NCBI GenBank assembly: GCA_046329125.1
Contig: JAXLVD010000017.1
Coordinates: 16,048 to 80,047, forward strand
DNA: 64,000 nt
Origin: Spirosomataceae bacterium
GTDB lineage: Bacteria > Bacteroidota > Bacteroidia > Cytophagales > Spirosomataceae
Direction: 5' to 3'
Shown here: one piece after another, positions 37,865 through 47,804 of the stretch
Numbering within the stretch: the first letter of the stretch is position 1
How the letters are laid out: each line of letters begins with the position of its first letter
Notes under the pieces: generated by a model
What the model was told of the DNA's origin: nothing
What the model saw: the letters and a program-made list of their open reading frames with translations, nothing else
Database searches by the model: none
Program-made: the position numbers and the translations under genes

Positions 37865-38197
37865 TTATACAGATAGTTTCAGGGGATTTGCCAAACGACT
37901 CCAAAAACCGGCGCGCACTTCCTGAATTTCCTGCAAGGTTCGCTGACCATAGGCCGTGACCGAAAAAAGGCGTTTGCGCCGTCCGCCGCGCTCGTTGGTA
38001 GGCTCGCCCATTTCCGACCTTACCATGCCTTTTTCTTCCAACCGTTGCAATGCCGAATGTACCTGATTCAGTCGAACACTTCTATCCGTTTGTTCAATGA
38101 TTTCGTGCATCAACAATACACCATAGGCTTGGCCGTTTAATACGGCTACCGCGAGTAAAACGATTTCTTCAAATTCTCCCAGGTAAGTTCGTTTCAT
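37865..38197 (-). CDS. R2: PadR-family winged-HTH transcriptional regulator
   Basis: 110 aa. EFEEIVLLAVAVL..QAYG ... VHSALQRLEEKG ... ERGGRRKRLFSVTAYG. Confidence 0.9.
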   Translation of the reverse strand: MKRTYLGEFEEIVLLAVAVLNGQAYGVLLMHEIIEQTDRSVRLNQVHSALQRLEEKGMVRSEMGEPTNERGGRRKRLFSVTAYGQRTLQEIQEVRAGFWSRLANPLKLSV

Positions 38198-38306
38198 TGG
38201 ATTCTATTATTTCTATTTTTGCTGAGCAAATAGTTTGCCATTGAAAAGTTGTATTGATAAATAGTTGATTGACAGTGGTTTAGTCGAGTGAGCGGTTTTT
38301 GTTGAT

Positions 38307-38342
38307 TGTCCATAATCGGACAACTTTGTACGCTTTAGGACA
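38307..38342. promoter_or_regulatory. O2: bipartite palindromic site in the R2 / TIM-barrel divergent region
   Basis: TGTCC-ATAATC-GGACA (38307-38322) plus TGTAC-GCTTTA-GGACA (38327-38342). It lies 110 nt from the R2 ATG and ~125-145 nt from the ATG at 38466. Confidence 0.6.
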
Positions 38343-38465
38343 ACACAACGGGCTTTTTTCTTTGCGACTATTGTGAATCCTTTGCGCCCTTTGCGTGCAA
38401 AGACATTTATCCAAGGGTAAAGCTGCATGCATCCTTCCTTTTGTCAAAAAATAAATCATTGACTT

Positions 38466-39314
38466 ATGAAACATATCACCAACTGCCTGCTTTGCGGGCT
38501 GTTACTTTCCCTCACCACACTTTCAGTACAGGCCCAAAAAATGCCCGAAGATAAAGCCGGTTGGAAATTGGGCGCTCAGTCGTATTCGTTCCGTTTATTT
38601 ACATTTGCCGATGCCCTGCGCAAAATTGACAGTTGCGGCCTGAAATACGTCGAGGCTTTTCCCGGACAAACCATCGGCGGCGGCATTGAAGGAAAAATGG
38701 ATTTTACGATGGATGCGGCTAAACGCCAACAAGTGAAAAAAATGATCAAAGACAAAGGCATTACCATGGTAGCCTACGGGGTAGTGGGTGCCAAAAATGA
38801 AGAAGAATGGAAAGCCTTGTTTGAATTTGCCAAAGATATGGGCGTTTTGAATATCAATTCGGAACCTACTCCTGCCCAAATGCCGTTGGTGCGTCAATTG
38901 GCCGAGCAGTACAAAATCAATGTAGCCCTGCACAATCACCCCAAACCTTCGCGCTATTGGCATCCGGATACGGTGATTGCTGCTATCGCAGGCAGCAAAT
39001 ACGTCGGGGCTTGTGCCGACATCGGCCATTGGGTGCGCTCCGGTCTTGACCCGGTAGAATGTCTCAAAAAATTGGACGGTCACGTCATCGGAATGCATTT
39101 CAAAGACGTAAAAAAAGATACCCCCGACGGCCGTCATCATGATGTAGTGTGGGGAACGGGCGATTGTAAAGTAGAAGCCGTTCTTTCGGAATTAAAGCGG
39201 CAGAAATTTAAAGGGCCTATCTCGGCAGAATACGAATATCATTGGGAAAACAACGGCCCGGAAATTGCCGAAAGCGCGAAAAATTTCCGCGAGATTTATA
39301 GTCGCACAAAGTAA
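38466..39314 (+). CDS. Secreted sugar-phosphate isomerase/epimerase-like TIM-barrel protein (xylose isomerase-like fold)
   Basis: 282 aa with signal peptide MKHITNCLLCGLLLSLTTLSVQA. Pattern ..GLKYVEAF.., ..INVALHNHP.., ..CADIGHW.., ..GMHFKD.., ..ISAEYEY is typical of the AP-endonuclease-2/xylose-isomerase-like superfamily. It is the only plus-strand gene inside the array. Confidence 0.8.
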   Translation: MKHITNCLLCGLLLSLTTLSVQAQKMPEDKAGWKLGAQSYSFRLFTFADALRKIDSCGLKYVEAFPGQTIGGGIEGKMDFTMDAAKRQQVKKMIKDKGITMVAYGVVGAKNEEEWKALFEFAKDMGVLNINSEPTPAQMPLVRQLAEQYKINVALHNHPKPSRYWHPDTVIAAIAGSKYVGACADIGHWVRSGLDPVECLKKLDGHVIGMHFKDVKKDTPDGRHHDVVWGTGDCKVEAVLSELKRQKFKGPISAEYEYHWENNGPEIAESAKNFREIYSRTK

Positions 39315-39321
39315 AGTCTAA

Positions 39322-39359
39322 AGTCGTCGCTCGCGTCCTCGCGAGCGACGACTATTTTT
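39322..39359 (+). terminator. Intrinsic terminator of the TIM-barrel gene
   Basis: Perfect 14-bp stem AGTCGTCGCTCGCG - TCCT - CGCGAGCGACGACT, followed by ATTTTT. Confidence 0.85.
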
Positions 39360-39436
39360 GAGGCTTCCAGCCTTTCATATATTTAGGCCGGAGGCCTTAT
39401 AATAGTTGTCATTCGGTAGAACCGAGCGACTGCGGC

Positions 39437-41836
39437 TTACTCTATCTTCAAACTCTTCACCGGATTCATCAGCGCCGCTTTGATGCTTTGGAAACTGACC
39501 GTTGTCAGGGCGATGACTGTTGCCAATGCTCCCGCCAAGGCAATCATCCACCATTCAATTTGAATATGATAGGCAAAATCCTGCAACCATTGATTCATGG
39601 CGTACCAAGCCAAAGGCGAAGCAATGAGAATGGCAATGGCTATCAATTGGAGAAAATCCTTGGAAAGTAAAGCTAAAATGCTCGTTACAGAAGCCCCCAA
39701 CACTTTCCGAATCCCGATCTCTTTGGTGCGCTGCGTCATGGTAAACAGCACTAATCCGTACAGGCCAAGACCACTGATCAGAATGGCAATTCCGGCAAAA
39801 ATAATGGATAATTGAAATACTAATGTTTCTGTTTCGTAGAATTTGGCCAGTTGGTCATTGAAGTATTCGTACATAAATACCTCGTTCGGATACCGCTTTT
39901 GCCATGACTGCTCGATGAATTTCAGGGTTTGTTTCGGATTTTGACCCGTAATTTTGATTCCCACTTTTTTATAACGGTCGGCTTGGGTGGTGATAAAACA
40001 GGGTTGGATTGCTTCATGAAACGAGCGCAAATGAAAATCTTTGATCACCCCAACAATGGGCAAAGCCACCGGCGACAGATAAGTTTCCATCTTACGACCC
40101 AAGATGTGCTGCGGGTCTTTGATATTGAGTTTTTTGAGTAAGGCTTCATTGACCAAATATTCCCGAATCGTGTCGCTTGGTGTAATATTACGCCCTGCTG
40201 CCAAATGCAAACCATACGTTTCCAAGTATTCCGAATCGGCGGGCCGTTCCCGAATCGGAAACGTTTCCCACGTAGATTTGCCCCCGAATTTAAAAGAGCC
40301 GCCGTTCATGACCGCCGCTGCGGGCGGGCGGTACGAGGCACTCACCGATTTGATGGAAGGAAATGCGCGCAAATCGTTTCTAAAGGCTTCAAAAGCGGTT
40401 TTAGAGGGGTCGGGTAAGTTGACCACTATGACATTGTCTTTGGTAAACCCCAAATCCGATTCGTGTAAATAACGGACTTGGTGGGAGACGACCAATGTCC
40501 CCACCAGCAATGCCTGACAAATACCTAACTGAAAAACAATAAGCAACTTTCGCAGCGATAAACTTTGCCCTGATTTAGTCAATTGACCTTTCAGGGCAGC
40601 CCACGGGCTGAAACCTGACAACACAAACGCAGGATAACCTCCTGCCAATAACGTAACAATCCCGATAAGTAATAGCCAAAAAACGATAGCCTGTGTATTA
40701 AATTGAAAAACGGAATCGCCGGACAACCATTGATTGAAAATGGGAATGCTAATCAACGTAAGAAGCAAGGCTAAAACGGCTGCCGCCGACACGATAAGGG
40801 CTGTTTCGAGCAAAAACTGAATCATGACCTGAGGTTTGGAACTGCCGAGTGTCTTGCGAATCCCTATTTCTTTGCTCCGGTTGAGTGCCTGTGCCGTTGT
40901 CATATTGATAAAATTGATACAGGCGATCAGAATCAAAAACAGACCGATGGCCCCTAACGACCAAAGTAGTGAAAGCCTAATGGTTGGACTGCCGCCAATG
41001 CGTCTGACGTCAAAATGGACATTGGCCAGCGGTTGCACATGAAACTGAAAAACAGAGGCATTTTCGCCAAAATGCTTTTTGGAAAGTGCGGGCAGTGCGG
41101 CTTCCAGTTGGGGAGCGGAAAGCGGATTTTTGAGGGTAAAATAAACGCGGTCGGTAGAATTCAACCATCCCCAATCATCGACGTTGAAATCGGGAATGAG
41201 TCTAGGTAAAGTAGTAATGGAAATGAACAGTTGAATGTCTGTATTGGTATTTTTGGATGGATCAGCCAGAACACCCGTAATTTTGGCTTCGGTCAGGTTG
41301 TTTAAATGGAGCGTTCGACCCATCGGATCCAAATTGCCAAAGTATTTTTTTGCCAATGACTGCGTAATTGCGACTGTGTTAGGCGCTCTAAGTGCTGTTT
41401 TTGGATTTCCCTGCAACCATTGATAGTCCAGAATATCAAACAGTTCTCCTTCCACAAGCGCAGTGGTATTCATCTCCAAAAAACGCGTTACAACAGATTG
41501 GCCGGGAAACGGAACACCGACCGTCAATTCACGGTTCATTTTCAGATATGCGGCCTGTTCTATTTGCGAATAGTCGCTCCGAAAGGCTTTTGCCATGGGT
41601 AAGGGGGCTTCCGGATAGTATTCCACCGAGCCGTCTTCCAAATGCAGGTCTACTACGGCGCGGTAGATACGGTCAAATTTGGGATGGTGTCGGTCGGTAC
41701 GCAAGTGATAACTTATGAATAAAAAGATAAGTAATCCGCTTGCCATGCCGACCGACAGGCCAATGATATTCAGTGTGGTATATGTTGGCTTGGCGCGGAG
41801 ATTTCGCAATGCGATGGTAAGGTAGTTCTTCAGCAT
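39437..41836 (-). CDS. P9: orphan double-FtsX permease without prefix domain
   Basis: I chose the ATG at 41836 (MLKNYLTIALRNL...), which begins directly at the pre-TM1 amphipathic helix. Loops ALNRSKEIGIRK and TQRTKEIGIRK. Confidence 0.85.
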   Translation of the reverse strand: MLKNYLTIALRNLRAKPTYTTLNIIGLSVGMASGLLIFLFISYHLRTDRHHPKFDRIYRAVVDLHLEDGSVEYYPEAPLPMAKAFRSDYSQIEQAAYLKMNRELTVGVPFPGQSVVTRFLEMNTTALVEGELFDILDYQWLQGNPKTALRAPNTVAITQSLAKKYFGNLDPMGRTLHLNNLTEAKITGVLADPSKNTNTDIQLFISITTLPRLIPDFNVDDWGWLNSTDRVYFTLKNPLSAPQLEAALPALSKKHFGENASVFQFHVQPLANVHFDVRRIGGSPTIRLSLLWSLGAIGLFLILIACINFINMTTAQALNRSKEIGIRKTLGSSKPQVMIQFLLETALIVSAAAVLALLLTLISIPIFNQWLSGDSVFQFNTQAIVFWLLLIGIVTLLAGGYPAFVLSGFSPWAALKGQLTKSGQSLSLRKLLIVFQLGICQALLVGTLVVSHQVRYLHESDLGFTKDNVIVVNLPDPSKTAFEAFRNDLRAFPSIKSVSASYRPPAAAVMNGGSFKFGGKSTWETFPIRERPADSEYLETYGLHLAAGRNITPSDTIREYLVNEALLKKLNIKDPQHILGRKMETYLSPVALPIVGVIKDFHLRSFHEAIQPCFITTQADRYKKVGIKITGQNPKQTLKFIEQSWQKRYPNEVFMYEYFNDQLAKFYETETLVFQLSIIFAGIAILISGLGLYGLVLFTMTQRTKEIGIRKVLGASVTSILALLSKDFLQLIAIAILIASPLAWYAMNQWLQDFAYHIQIEWWMIALAGALATVIALTTVSFQSIKAALMNPVKSLKIE

Positions 41837-41921
41837 TTCAGTAACCGGATCAAATGAAGGGGGCAAGATACTGAAGAACCCAAAGCGCATGCCGTTAAAA
41901 AATGTTAAGTAAGCACTATCA

Positions 41922-44582
41922 TCAATCCGACTTCAGTGAATTGACCGGATTCATCAGTGCCGCCTTAATTGCCTGAAAACTGACCGTTAATAAAGTAATG
42001 GCCAAGGCTCCTGCCCCCGCCACCATAAAAATCCACCATGAAATAGCGGTATGGTAACTGTATTTCTGAATCCAGTTATTCATAAAATAATACGCAATGG
42101 GAGATGCGATAAAAAACGAGATTATTACCAACAGCACAAATTCTTTCGACAGTAACCCCCACAAGCTGGCTATACCGGCCCCCAGCACTTTTCTTATTCC
42201 GATTTCTTTGGTACGCTGCTCGGCAATAAAGGAAGCCAATCCAAACAAACCCAAGCAGGAAATAGCGACGGCGAGAATGGCAAAAAGGAAGGCTAATTTG
42301 CCGATGCGTTGTTCGGCCGTAAACTTTTTACTGTATTCTTCATCCACAAAAAAGTAGCGGAAAGGGGCTGATGGAACAAGTTTTTTCTGAATAGCCTCTA
42401 TTTGGGCAAGCGCCTCTGACATAGGCAAGTTAGGGCTGATTTTTATTTGCATTTGTCCCAAAGAACGAATATTTCGTTGGAGCATATACAGCCCCATTTT
42501 CACAGGTTCGTACGGCGAATCAGCCACTAAATCTTCGATGACACCTATAATTTGCCAGCGGCGCTTGCCATCGCCTGTTGAGGTTATATACTCACCTATT
42601 GGGTTTTTCAAAGCCAGATACTTGGCCGCCGATTCATTGATGATAACAGCAGCAGTATCCATCCCAAACTCTTTCGAAAAATTACGTCCCTGTTTCATTT
42701 TCCATTGAATGGCAGCTCCAAAATCTTCGTCTGATTGGGTCACTGAAAAACCGGATTCAGCTTCGGGGTTTTTGCCTTTCCAATCAAAACCACCCCAATT
42801 GTCCCAAATGGACGTAACGGGCATATTTGAAAAAGCGACATTTGACGCTATCCCATTTCGCAGTAAATGATCTTTCATCACCAATTTACTGTTTTCAAAG
42901 TTGGGGTCGTCCATCGAAATCCTCACCAAACCGGTTCTGTCATACCCCACAGGGCGGTTTTGAGCATATTGGATTTGCTGATATACTACGATCGTACCGA
43001 TAATCAACACCACCGAAACCGTAAACTGCACTACTACCAATACCTTACGTGGCAAAGAGGCATATTTGCCTAAGCGAATCGTACCTTTCAGTACTTTTAC
43101 CGGTTCAAACGAAGACAAATAGAAAGCAGGGTAAAGCCCTGATAACAAAGCCGTAGTAGCCAGAAAAGCGAAGCTGATCCCCCAAAAATAGAAATTGGTA
43201 AATGGAATACTGACTTGCTTATCGGAAAGTTCATTGAACCATCCGATAGCTATCCAAACCATACCCAGCATGACGATAAATGCCAAACCTACCACCAAAA
43301 ACGATTCTCCTAAAAATTGATTGACCAACTGTAATTTTATCGAACCAATCGCTTTGCGAATGCCCACTTCTTTGGCTCTTTTTTCGCTTCGGGCGGTACT
43401 CAAATTCATAAAATTGATACAGGCCAAAAGCAACACAAATATCCCCACTATACTAAACAGCCACACAAAAGTAATCCGCCCTGTGGCCGGGTATCCATCC
43501 TTGAATTCAGAATACAAATACCAGTTTTTCATGGGGTTAAGGTAAAGTGTCGCCTTGTATTTAGGAGCGAGTTCCTTAAAATTGTCAGGTGCATCTTTCA
43601 AGTAAAAATCCCTCACTGCGGCATTTGCCTGCTCCATAGTAACGTTATCGGCAGTTTGTACAAAAATGCGTTGTGAGCTGGCATCCCACCTTTCCTCATT
43701 TCTTTTTATCCAATTCTCATGGTTACGCAGATGTTCAAAATTGCCGATAAAATGGATGCCGCCCAGCGTAGAATTTAGGGGGGTATCTTCATAGACACCG
43801 CTCACTTTGCAATAAAACTTGTTGTCTAATTTTATGGCTTCACCTATGGGGTCTTTATCCCCAAAAATAGACTTAGCTGTTGATGCTGATATAATCAGAC
43901 CTTGGGGATCATTTAGGCTTTCTTTGCTGCCTTTGAGCATTTTTAAAGAAAACATATCTATCACTCCGTTTTCAAAAAATTGCCCTCTCTTAATGTGATT
44001 TTCATTACCCACACCTAAGGTAGTTTCGCCCTCCCATTGTACCAATAGCACGTGCTTGAAAATATGTCCGTATTTTTCTCGTAACACCTTAGCCATCGGT
44101 TGTGGCTGGCTATTACCCTCTACCTGTTTTTGATCCAAAGGCTCTGTAACATGATTGTAAACTTGGGCAATGCGGTCGTAGTTGTTATGGTATTTATTGA
44201 ACGACAATTCATCCCACACCCACAAACCAATGAGCATCGCTACGGCCATGCCCGTAGCCAAGCCAAAGATGTTGATAAAAGAATAACCTTTGTGTTTTAA
44301 TAGGTTACGAAAAGCGATTTTAAAATAATTGCGTATCATAGCAGGGCTGTATGTGTAAGAGGTTGAATACTTAGAATCGGCGCGAAAACGACGCCTCAGA
44401 AAATAAGGACGACAAAAACGGATGACTTCAAAGAAATACATCCAACGGGCTTGTGGCGCCCCCAGCTCTTCGGCTTGAAATACAAACTGCTCGTGCAAAT
44501 CTCCCAACAGCTCTTCGTAAAGCTCCAAAGGGAGAAATCGTTTGACCAAGGCATCAAGCCAAGTGGGTGGTTGATGAGACAT
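41922..44582 (-). CDS. P10: orphan double-FtsX permease, class-C prefix
   Basis: 886 aa. PPTWLDALVKRFLPLELYEELLGDLHEQF. Loops RSEKRAKEVGIRK and EQRTKEIGIRK. Its ATG lies 8 nt after the P11 stop. Confidence 0.9.
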   Translation of the reverse strand: MSHQPPTWLDALVKRFLPLELYEELLGDLHEQFVFQAEELGAPQARWMYFFEVIRFCRPYFLRRRFRADSKYSTSYTYSPAMIRNYFKIAFRNLLKHKGYSFINIFGLATGMAVAMLIGLWVWDELSFNKYHNNYDRIAQVYNHVTEPLDQKQVEGNSQPQPMAKVLREKYGHIFKHVLLVQWEGETTLGVGNENHIKRGQFFENGVIDMFSLKMLKGSKESLNDPQGLIISASTAKSIFGDKDPIGEAIKLDNKFYCKVSGVYEDTPLNSTLGGIHFIGNFEHLRNHENWIKRNEERWDASSQRIFVQTADNVTMEQANAAVRDFYLKDAPDNFKELAPKYKATLYLNPMKNWYLYSEFKDGYPATGRITFVWLFSIVGIFVLLLACINFMNLSTARSEKRAKEVGIRKAIGSIKLQLVNQFLGESFLVVGLAFIVMLGMVWIAIGWFNELSDKQVSIPFTNFYFWGISFAFLATTALLSGLYPAFYLSSFEPVKVLKGTIRLGKYASLPRKVLVVVQFTVSVVLIIGTIVVYQQIQYAQNRPVGYDRTGLVRISMDDPNFENSKLVMKDHLLRNGIASNVAFSNMPVTSIWDNWGGFDWKGKNPEAESGFSVTQSDEDFGAAIQWKMKQGRNFSKEFGMDTAAVIINESAAKYLALKNPIGEYITSTGDGKRRWQIIGVIEDLVADSPYEPVKMGLYMLQRNIRSLGQMQIKISPNLPMSEALAQIEAIQKKLVPSAPFRYFFVDEEYSKKFTAEQRIGKLAFLFAILAVAISCLGLFGLASFIAEQRTKEIGIRKVLGAGIASLWGLLSKEFVLLVIISFFIASPIAYYFMNNWIQKYSYHTAISWWIFMVAGAGALAITLLTVSFQAIKAALMNPVNSLKSD

Positions 44583-44590
44583 CGGCTCTT

Positions 44591-47230
44591 TTATTCTGAT
44601 TTTAAGCTCTTTACCGGATTCATCAGCGCCGCTTTAACGGCCTGAAAACTGACCGTCAATAAAGTAACGGCCAAGGCTCCGATAATGGTTACGGCAAAGA
44701 TCCACCACGAGATGTCAACACGGTATTCATATTTTCGGAGCCAATCGGTCATAAAATAAGAAGCAAAAGGAATCGCAATCACGCAGGAAATAATCACCAA
44801 CAGGACAAAATCTTTAGAAAGTAAGCCCCACAAATTGGGTACAGAAGCGCCCAGTACTTTGCGAATACCGATCTCTTTGGTGCGTTGCTCGGCCACAAAC
44901 GACGCCAGCCCAAACAAACCCAGGCAGGAGATAAAAATCGCCAAGGCGGCAAAAATGCCCGCCAGTTGGCTGATACGTTTTTCGGCAGCAAATTTGAGCT
45001 CGTATTCCTGATCGGAGAATTTATAGTCAAAAGGGCTTCCGGGGTTGAATTTTTGAAATACTGCTTCTATTTTTTTAAGCGATTCGCCGGCGCTCAGTTG
45101 CGGATTCAGTTTGATGTTGATCACATTGGCCCAATCGTAGTTCATCATAAAAACGGTCTGGTAAACAGGCTCAAAAGGCGAACCCATGATCATGTCTTTG
45201 ACTACACCCACCACCTGAAACGGCTTGCCGTTCCACTTAATGATTTTACCTACCGGATTCTTCACACCCATGTAGCGGGCTGCCGTTTCGTTGAGTACCA
45301 TACCGGACGAATCAGTAGAAAATTGACGGGAAAAATCTCTTCCCTGCACAAATTGCCATCCGACCGTCTTACCGAAATCGTGTGTGACTGCCACCGTCCC
45401 GAATTGTTCTTTGAAATTGGGGTCTTTGCCTTCCCAATCAAAACCGGCGTTTTGGGAGTTTAGATTTGTAGCGGGGGCAGATGAGGTTGACATTTCGACG
45501 GCCCCTCCGCTTTTTATAAGCGCATCTCGGAGAGTATTATAGTTTTGGTACAACTCAGGGGTATTCATCGTGACTGTAATCAGCCCATTGCGGTCATACC
45601 CGATCGGGCGATCTTTGGCATATTGGATTTGACGAAGAACAATGGTCGTACCGATAATAAGCGTAATGGATACTGTGAACTGGATCACCACCAGCACTTT
45701 GCGAGGAGCGGAAGCAAAACGCCCTACCCGAAAAGTACCCTTAAGTACTTTAACAGGTTGGAAAGAGGATAAATAGAGCGAAGGATAACTTCCCGCAATC
45801 AACCCGGTAATCAGACTGAAGCCGATTCCTGACACCCAAAAGATAGGATTCGTCCATAACAGCCCCAACTTTTTATCGGCTACTTCGTTGAAAATCGGGA
45901 GCATAAGCATTACCAACAACAACGACAGCGCAAAGGCAAAGGCTACTACCAATAACGACTCACTGAAAAATTGACTGATCAACTGTGAACGAACCGAGCC
46001 AACAGCTTTTCGAATGCCTACTTCTTTGGCGCGTTTCTCAGAACGAGCCGTGGAGAGATTCATAAAATTGATGCAAGCCAAAAGCAAGACAAAAATGCCG
46101 ATGATACTGAACAACCAAACGTACTGAATACGGCCGTCGGGCTGCCCCTTTTTATCCCAGCCTGTGTATAAATGCCATTGGCTCATCGGATGGAGGAACA
46201 CCTCATTTTTAAAGGTGGCCATCTCCGGTACGTGCTTTATTTTAACGTTTTTGATCTTTTCAGTAATCGTCTTAAAATTCGAGTTGGGGGCAATTTGAAC
46301 CAACATTTGCCAAGAGTTATTGTTCCACTCGGCATTGTCCTGTGCTCGTTTTACCCAAGACTCCGTTGACACATACAACTCCCAAGGCGCAATAAAGGTC
46401 ATGTCTCTAAACTCGGTATTGTAAGGAAGGTCTTCATAAACGCCCGTCACTTTCACGTTCAGTTTATTATCAATTTTCACGATTTTGCCTATCGGGTCGG
46501 TATCCCCGAAAAGAGCCGACGCCACAGAAGCTGACAGCAAAACAGAAGAAGGGTCTTTCAGACCTTTGCGGGTACCTTTGAGCATATTTAACGAAAATAC
46601 GTCAGGTGCTTCGGGGCTTAAATAATTACCCGTTTTGGTAAACTTTTTGTCGCCGTAAGCCAGAATATGCTCGTTGGTCCAGGAAGACATAATGACGTGC
46701 GTAAAATCCGTTCCGTACACAGTACGCAGTTCATTGCCCAACGGCAACGGCATGTGTCCTCCTGTTCCGAATTCGCCGTTAAATGTGGCGCTCTGCATCA
46801 CTTTAGCGATTCGGTCGTAGTTTTTGTGGTATTTGTTGTAGGATAATTCATCCCACACCCACAAACCAATGAGCATCGCCACAGCCATGCCGGTGGCGAG
46901 GCCGAAAATATTGATGAAGGAATAACCTTTGTGTTTTAACAGGTTACGTAAGGCGACTTTAAAATAATTGCGTATCATAGCGGGGCTGTAAGTATAAGAA
47001 GTTGAATAATCAGAATCGGGTTGTGCTGCAAATCGGCGTTTCAGATAGTAGGGTCGGCAAAAGCGCAGCACTTCAAACCAATACAACAGACGCGCTTTTT
47101 GTTCGCCTGATTCCTCCGCTTGAAGGGCAAATTGCTCGTTCAAATCACCCAACAACTCTTCGAAAAGCTCAGGGGGCAGCAACAGAACCAGCAGTTGGTC
47201 GGCCCAACGGGGTGGAGTAGGGTTTTCCAT
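44591..47230 (-). CDS. P11: orphan double-FtsX permease, class-C prefix
   Basis: 879 aa. PPRWADQLLVLLLPPELFEELLGDLNEQF. Loops RSEKRAKEVGIRK and EQRTKEIGIRK. Its ATG lies 3 nt after the R3 stop. Confidence 0.9.
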   Translation of the reverse strand: MENPTPPRWADQLLVLLLPPELFEELLGDLNEQFALQAEESGEQKARLLYWFEVLRFCRPYYLKRRFAAQPDSDYSTSYTYSPAMIRNYFKVALRNLLKHKGYSFINIFGLATGMAVAMLIGLWVWDELSYNKYHKNYDRIAKVMQSATFNGEFGTGGHMPLPLGNELRTVYGTDFTHVIMSSWTNEHILAYGDKKFTKTGNYLSPEAPDVFSLNMLKGTRKGLKDPSSVLLSASVASALFGDTDPIGKIVKIDNKLNVKVTGVYEDLPYNTEFRDMTFIAPWELYVSTESWVKRAQDNAEWNNNSWQMLVQIAPNSNFKTITEKIKNVKIKHVPEMATFKNEVFLHPMSQWHLYTGWDKKGQPDGRIQYVWLFSIIGIFVLLLACINFMNLSTARSEKRAKEVGIRKAVGSVRSQLISQFFSESLLVVAFAFALSLLLVMLMLPIFNEVADKKLGLLWTNPIFWVSGIGFSLITGLIAGSYPSLYLSSFQPVKVLKGTFRVGRFASAPRKVLVVIQFTVSITLIIGTTIVLRQIQYAKDRPIGYDRNGLITVTMNTPELYQNYNTLRDALIKSGGAVEMSTSSAPATNLNSQNAGFDWEGKDPNFKEQFGTVAVTHDFGKTVGWQFVQGRDFSRQFSTDSSGMVLNETAARYMGVKNPVGKIIKWNGKPFQVVGVVKDMIMGSPFEPVYQTVFMMNYDWANVINIKLNPQLSAGESLKKIEAVFQKFNPGSPFDYKFSDQEYELKFAAEKRISQLAGIFAALAIFISCLGLFGLASFVAEQRTKEIGIRKVLGASVPNLWGLLSKDFVLLVIISCVIAIPFASYFMTDWLRKYEYRVDISWWIFAVTIIGALAVTLLTVSFQAVKAALMNPVKSLKSE

Positions 47231-47233
47231 GAG

Positions 47234-47563
47234 TCAAGAAAGTGAAGGGTTAGGAATTGCATCCCACAGTTCATTTCGAATTTGTCTCATCTCGGCCAAG
47301 GTGCGTTTACCCAATGCCGTAATTCGAAAAAAGCGCTTTCGGCGCCCGCCGCGTTCGGAAGTGGCTCCTCCCAATTCGGATACGACAAAGCCTTTTTCTT
47401 CCAAACGATACAACGCAATATGTACTCCGCTCAGGCTGATAAGCCGGTTGTTGGTACGTTGCTTCAGTTCCGCCGCAATCGTCACGCCGTAGGCCGTGCC
47501 TTCCAACACGGCAACGGAGAGTAAAACCAGTTCTTCAAATTCGCCTAAATAGGACCGACCCAT
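47234..47563 (-). CDS. R3: PadR-family winged-HTH transcriptional regulator
   Basis: 109 aa. EFEELVLLSVAVL..TAYG ... VHIALYRLEEKG ... ERGGRRKRFFRITALG. Confidence 0.9.
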   Translation of the reverse strand: MGRSYLGEFEELVLLSVAVLEGTAYGVTIAAELKQRTNNRLISLSGVHIALYRLEEKGFVVSELGGATSERGGRRKRFFRITALGKRTLAEMRQIRNELWDAIPNPSLS

Positions 47564-47661
47564 GTTCAGATGCTGTGATTTTCTATTTAATTATTATTTG
47601 CTAAACAAATAGTATGCCATCGCTAAAATGGGCTGCAAATAAGGGAAGAAGACACTTCAGA

Positions 47662-47698
47662 TGTCCGAAATCGTACAACTGCCGTCCGTTGACGAACA
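47662..47698. promoter_or_regulatory. O3: bipartite palindromic site upstream of R3
   Basis: TGTCC-GAAATC-GTACA (47662-47677, one mismatch) plus CGTCC-GTTGAC-GAACA (47683-47698). It is 99 nt upstream of the R3 ATG and downstream of the module-4 terminator. Confidence 0.5.
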
Positions 47699-47722
47699 AC
47701 GACCAAGATCGGACAAGTAGGT

Positions 47723-47762
47723 AAAAAAATAAACCCTGTCAAGTTTTTGCTGCTTGACAGGG
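47723..47762 (-). terminator. Intrinsic terminator after P12 (end of module 4)
   Basis: CCCTGTCAAG (47734-47743) - 9-nt loop - CTTGACAGGG (47753-47762). On the minus strand it is followed by TTTATTTTTTT. Confidence 0.75.
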
Positions 47763-47804
47763 CATTTTACTTCAGCCTTTTACCTTTTTACTTCTACCGC
47801 TCAA

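Noticed and set aside
38198-38306. A canonical Bacteroidota -33 TTTG / -7 TAnnTTTG promoter (or a sigma70-like -35/-10) upstream of the padR genes.
   Set aside because: No convincing match was found. The recurring ACTATTTG lacks the two-nucleotide spacer of TAnnTTTG. A TTGACC-N18-TAAAAT arrangement occurs only upstream of R5. No promoter was called.
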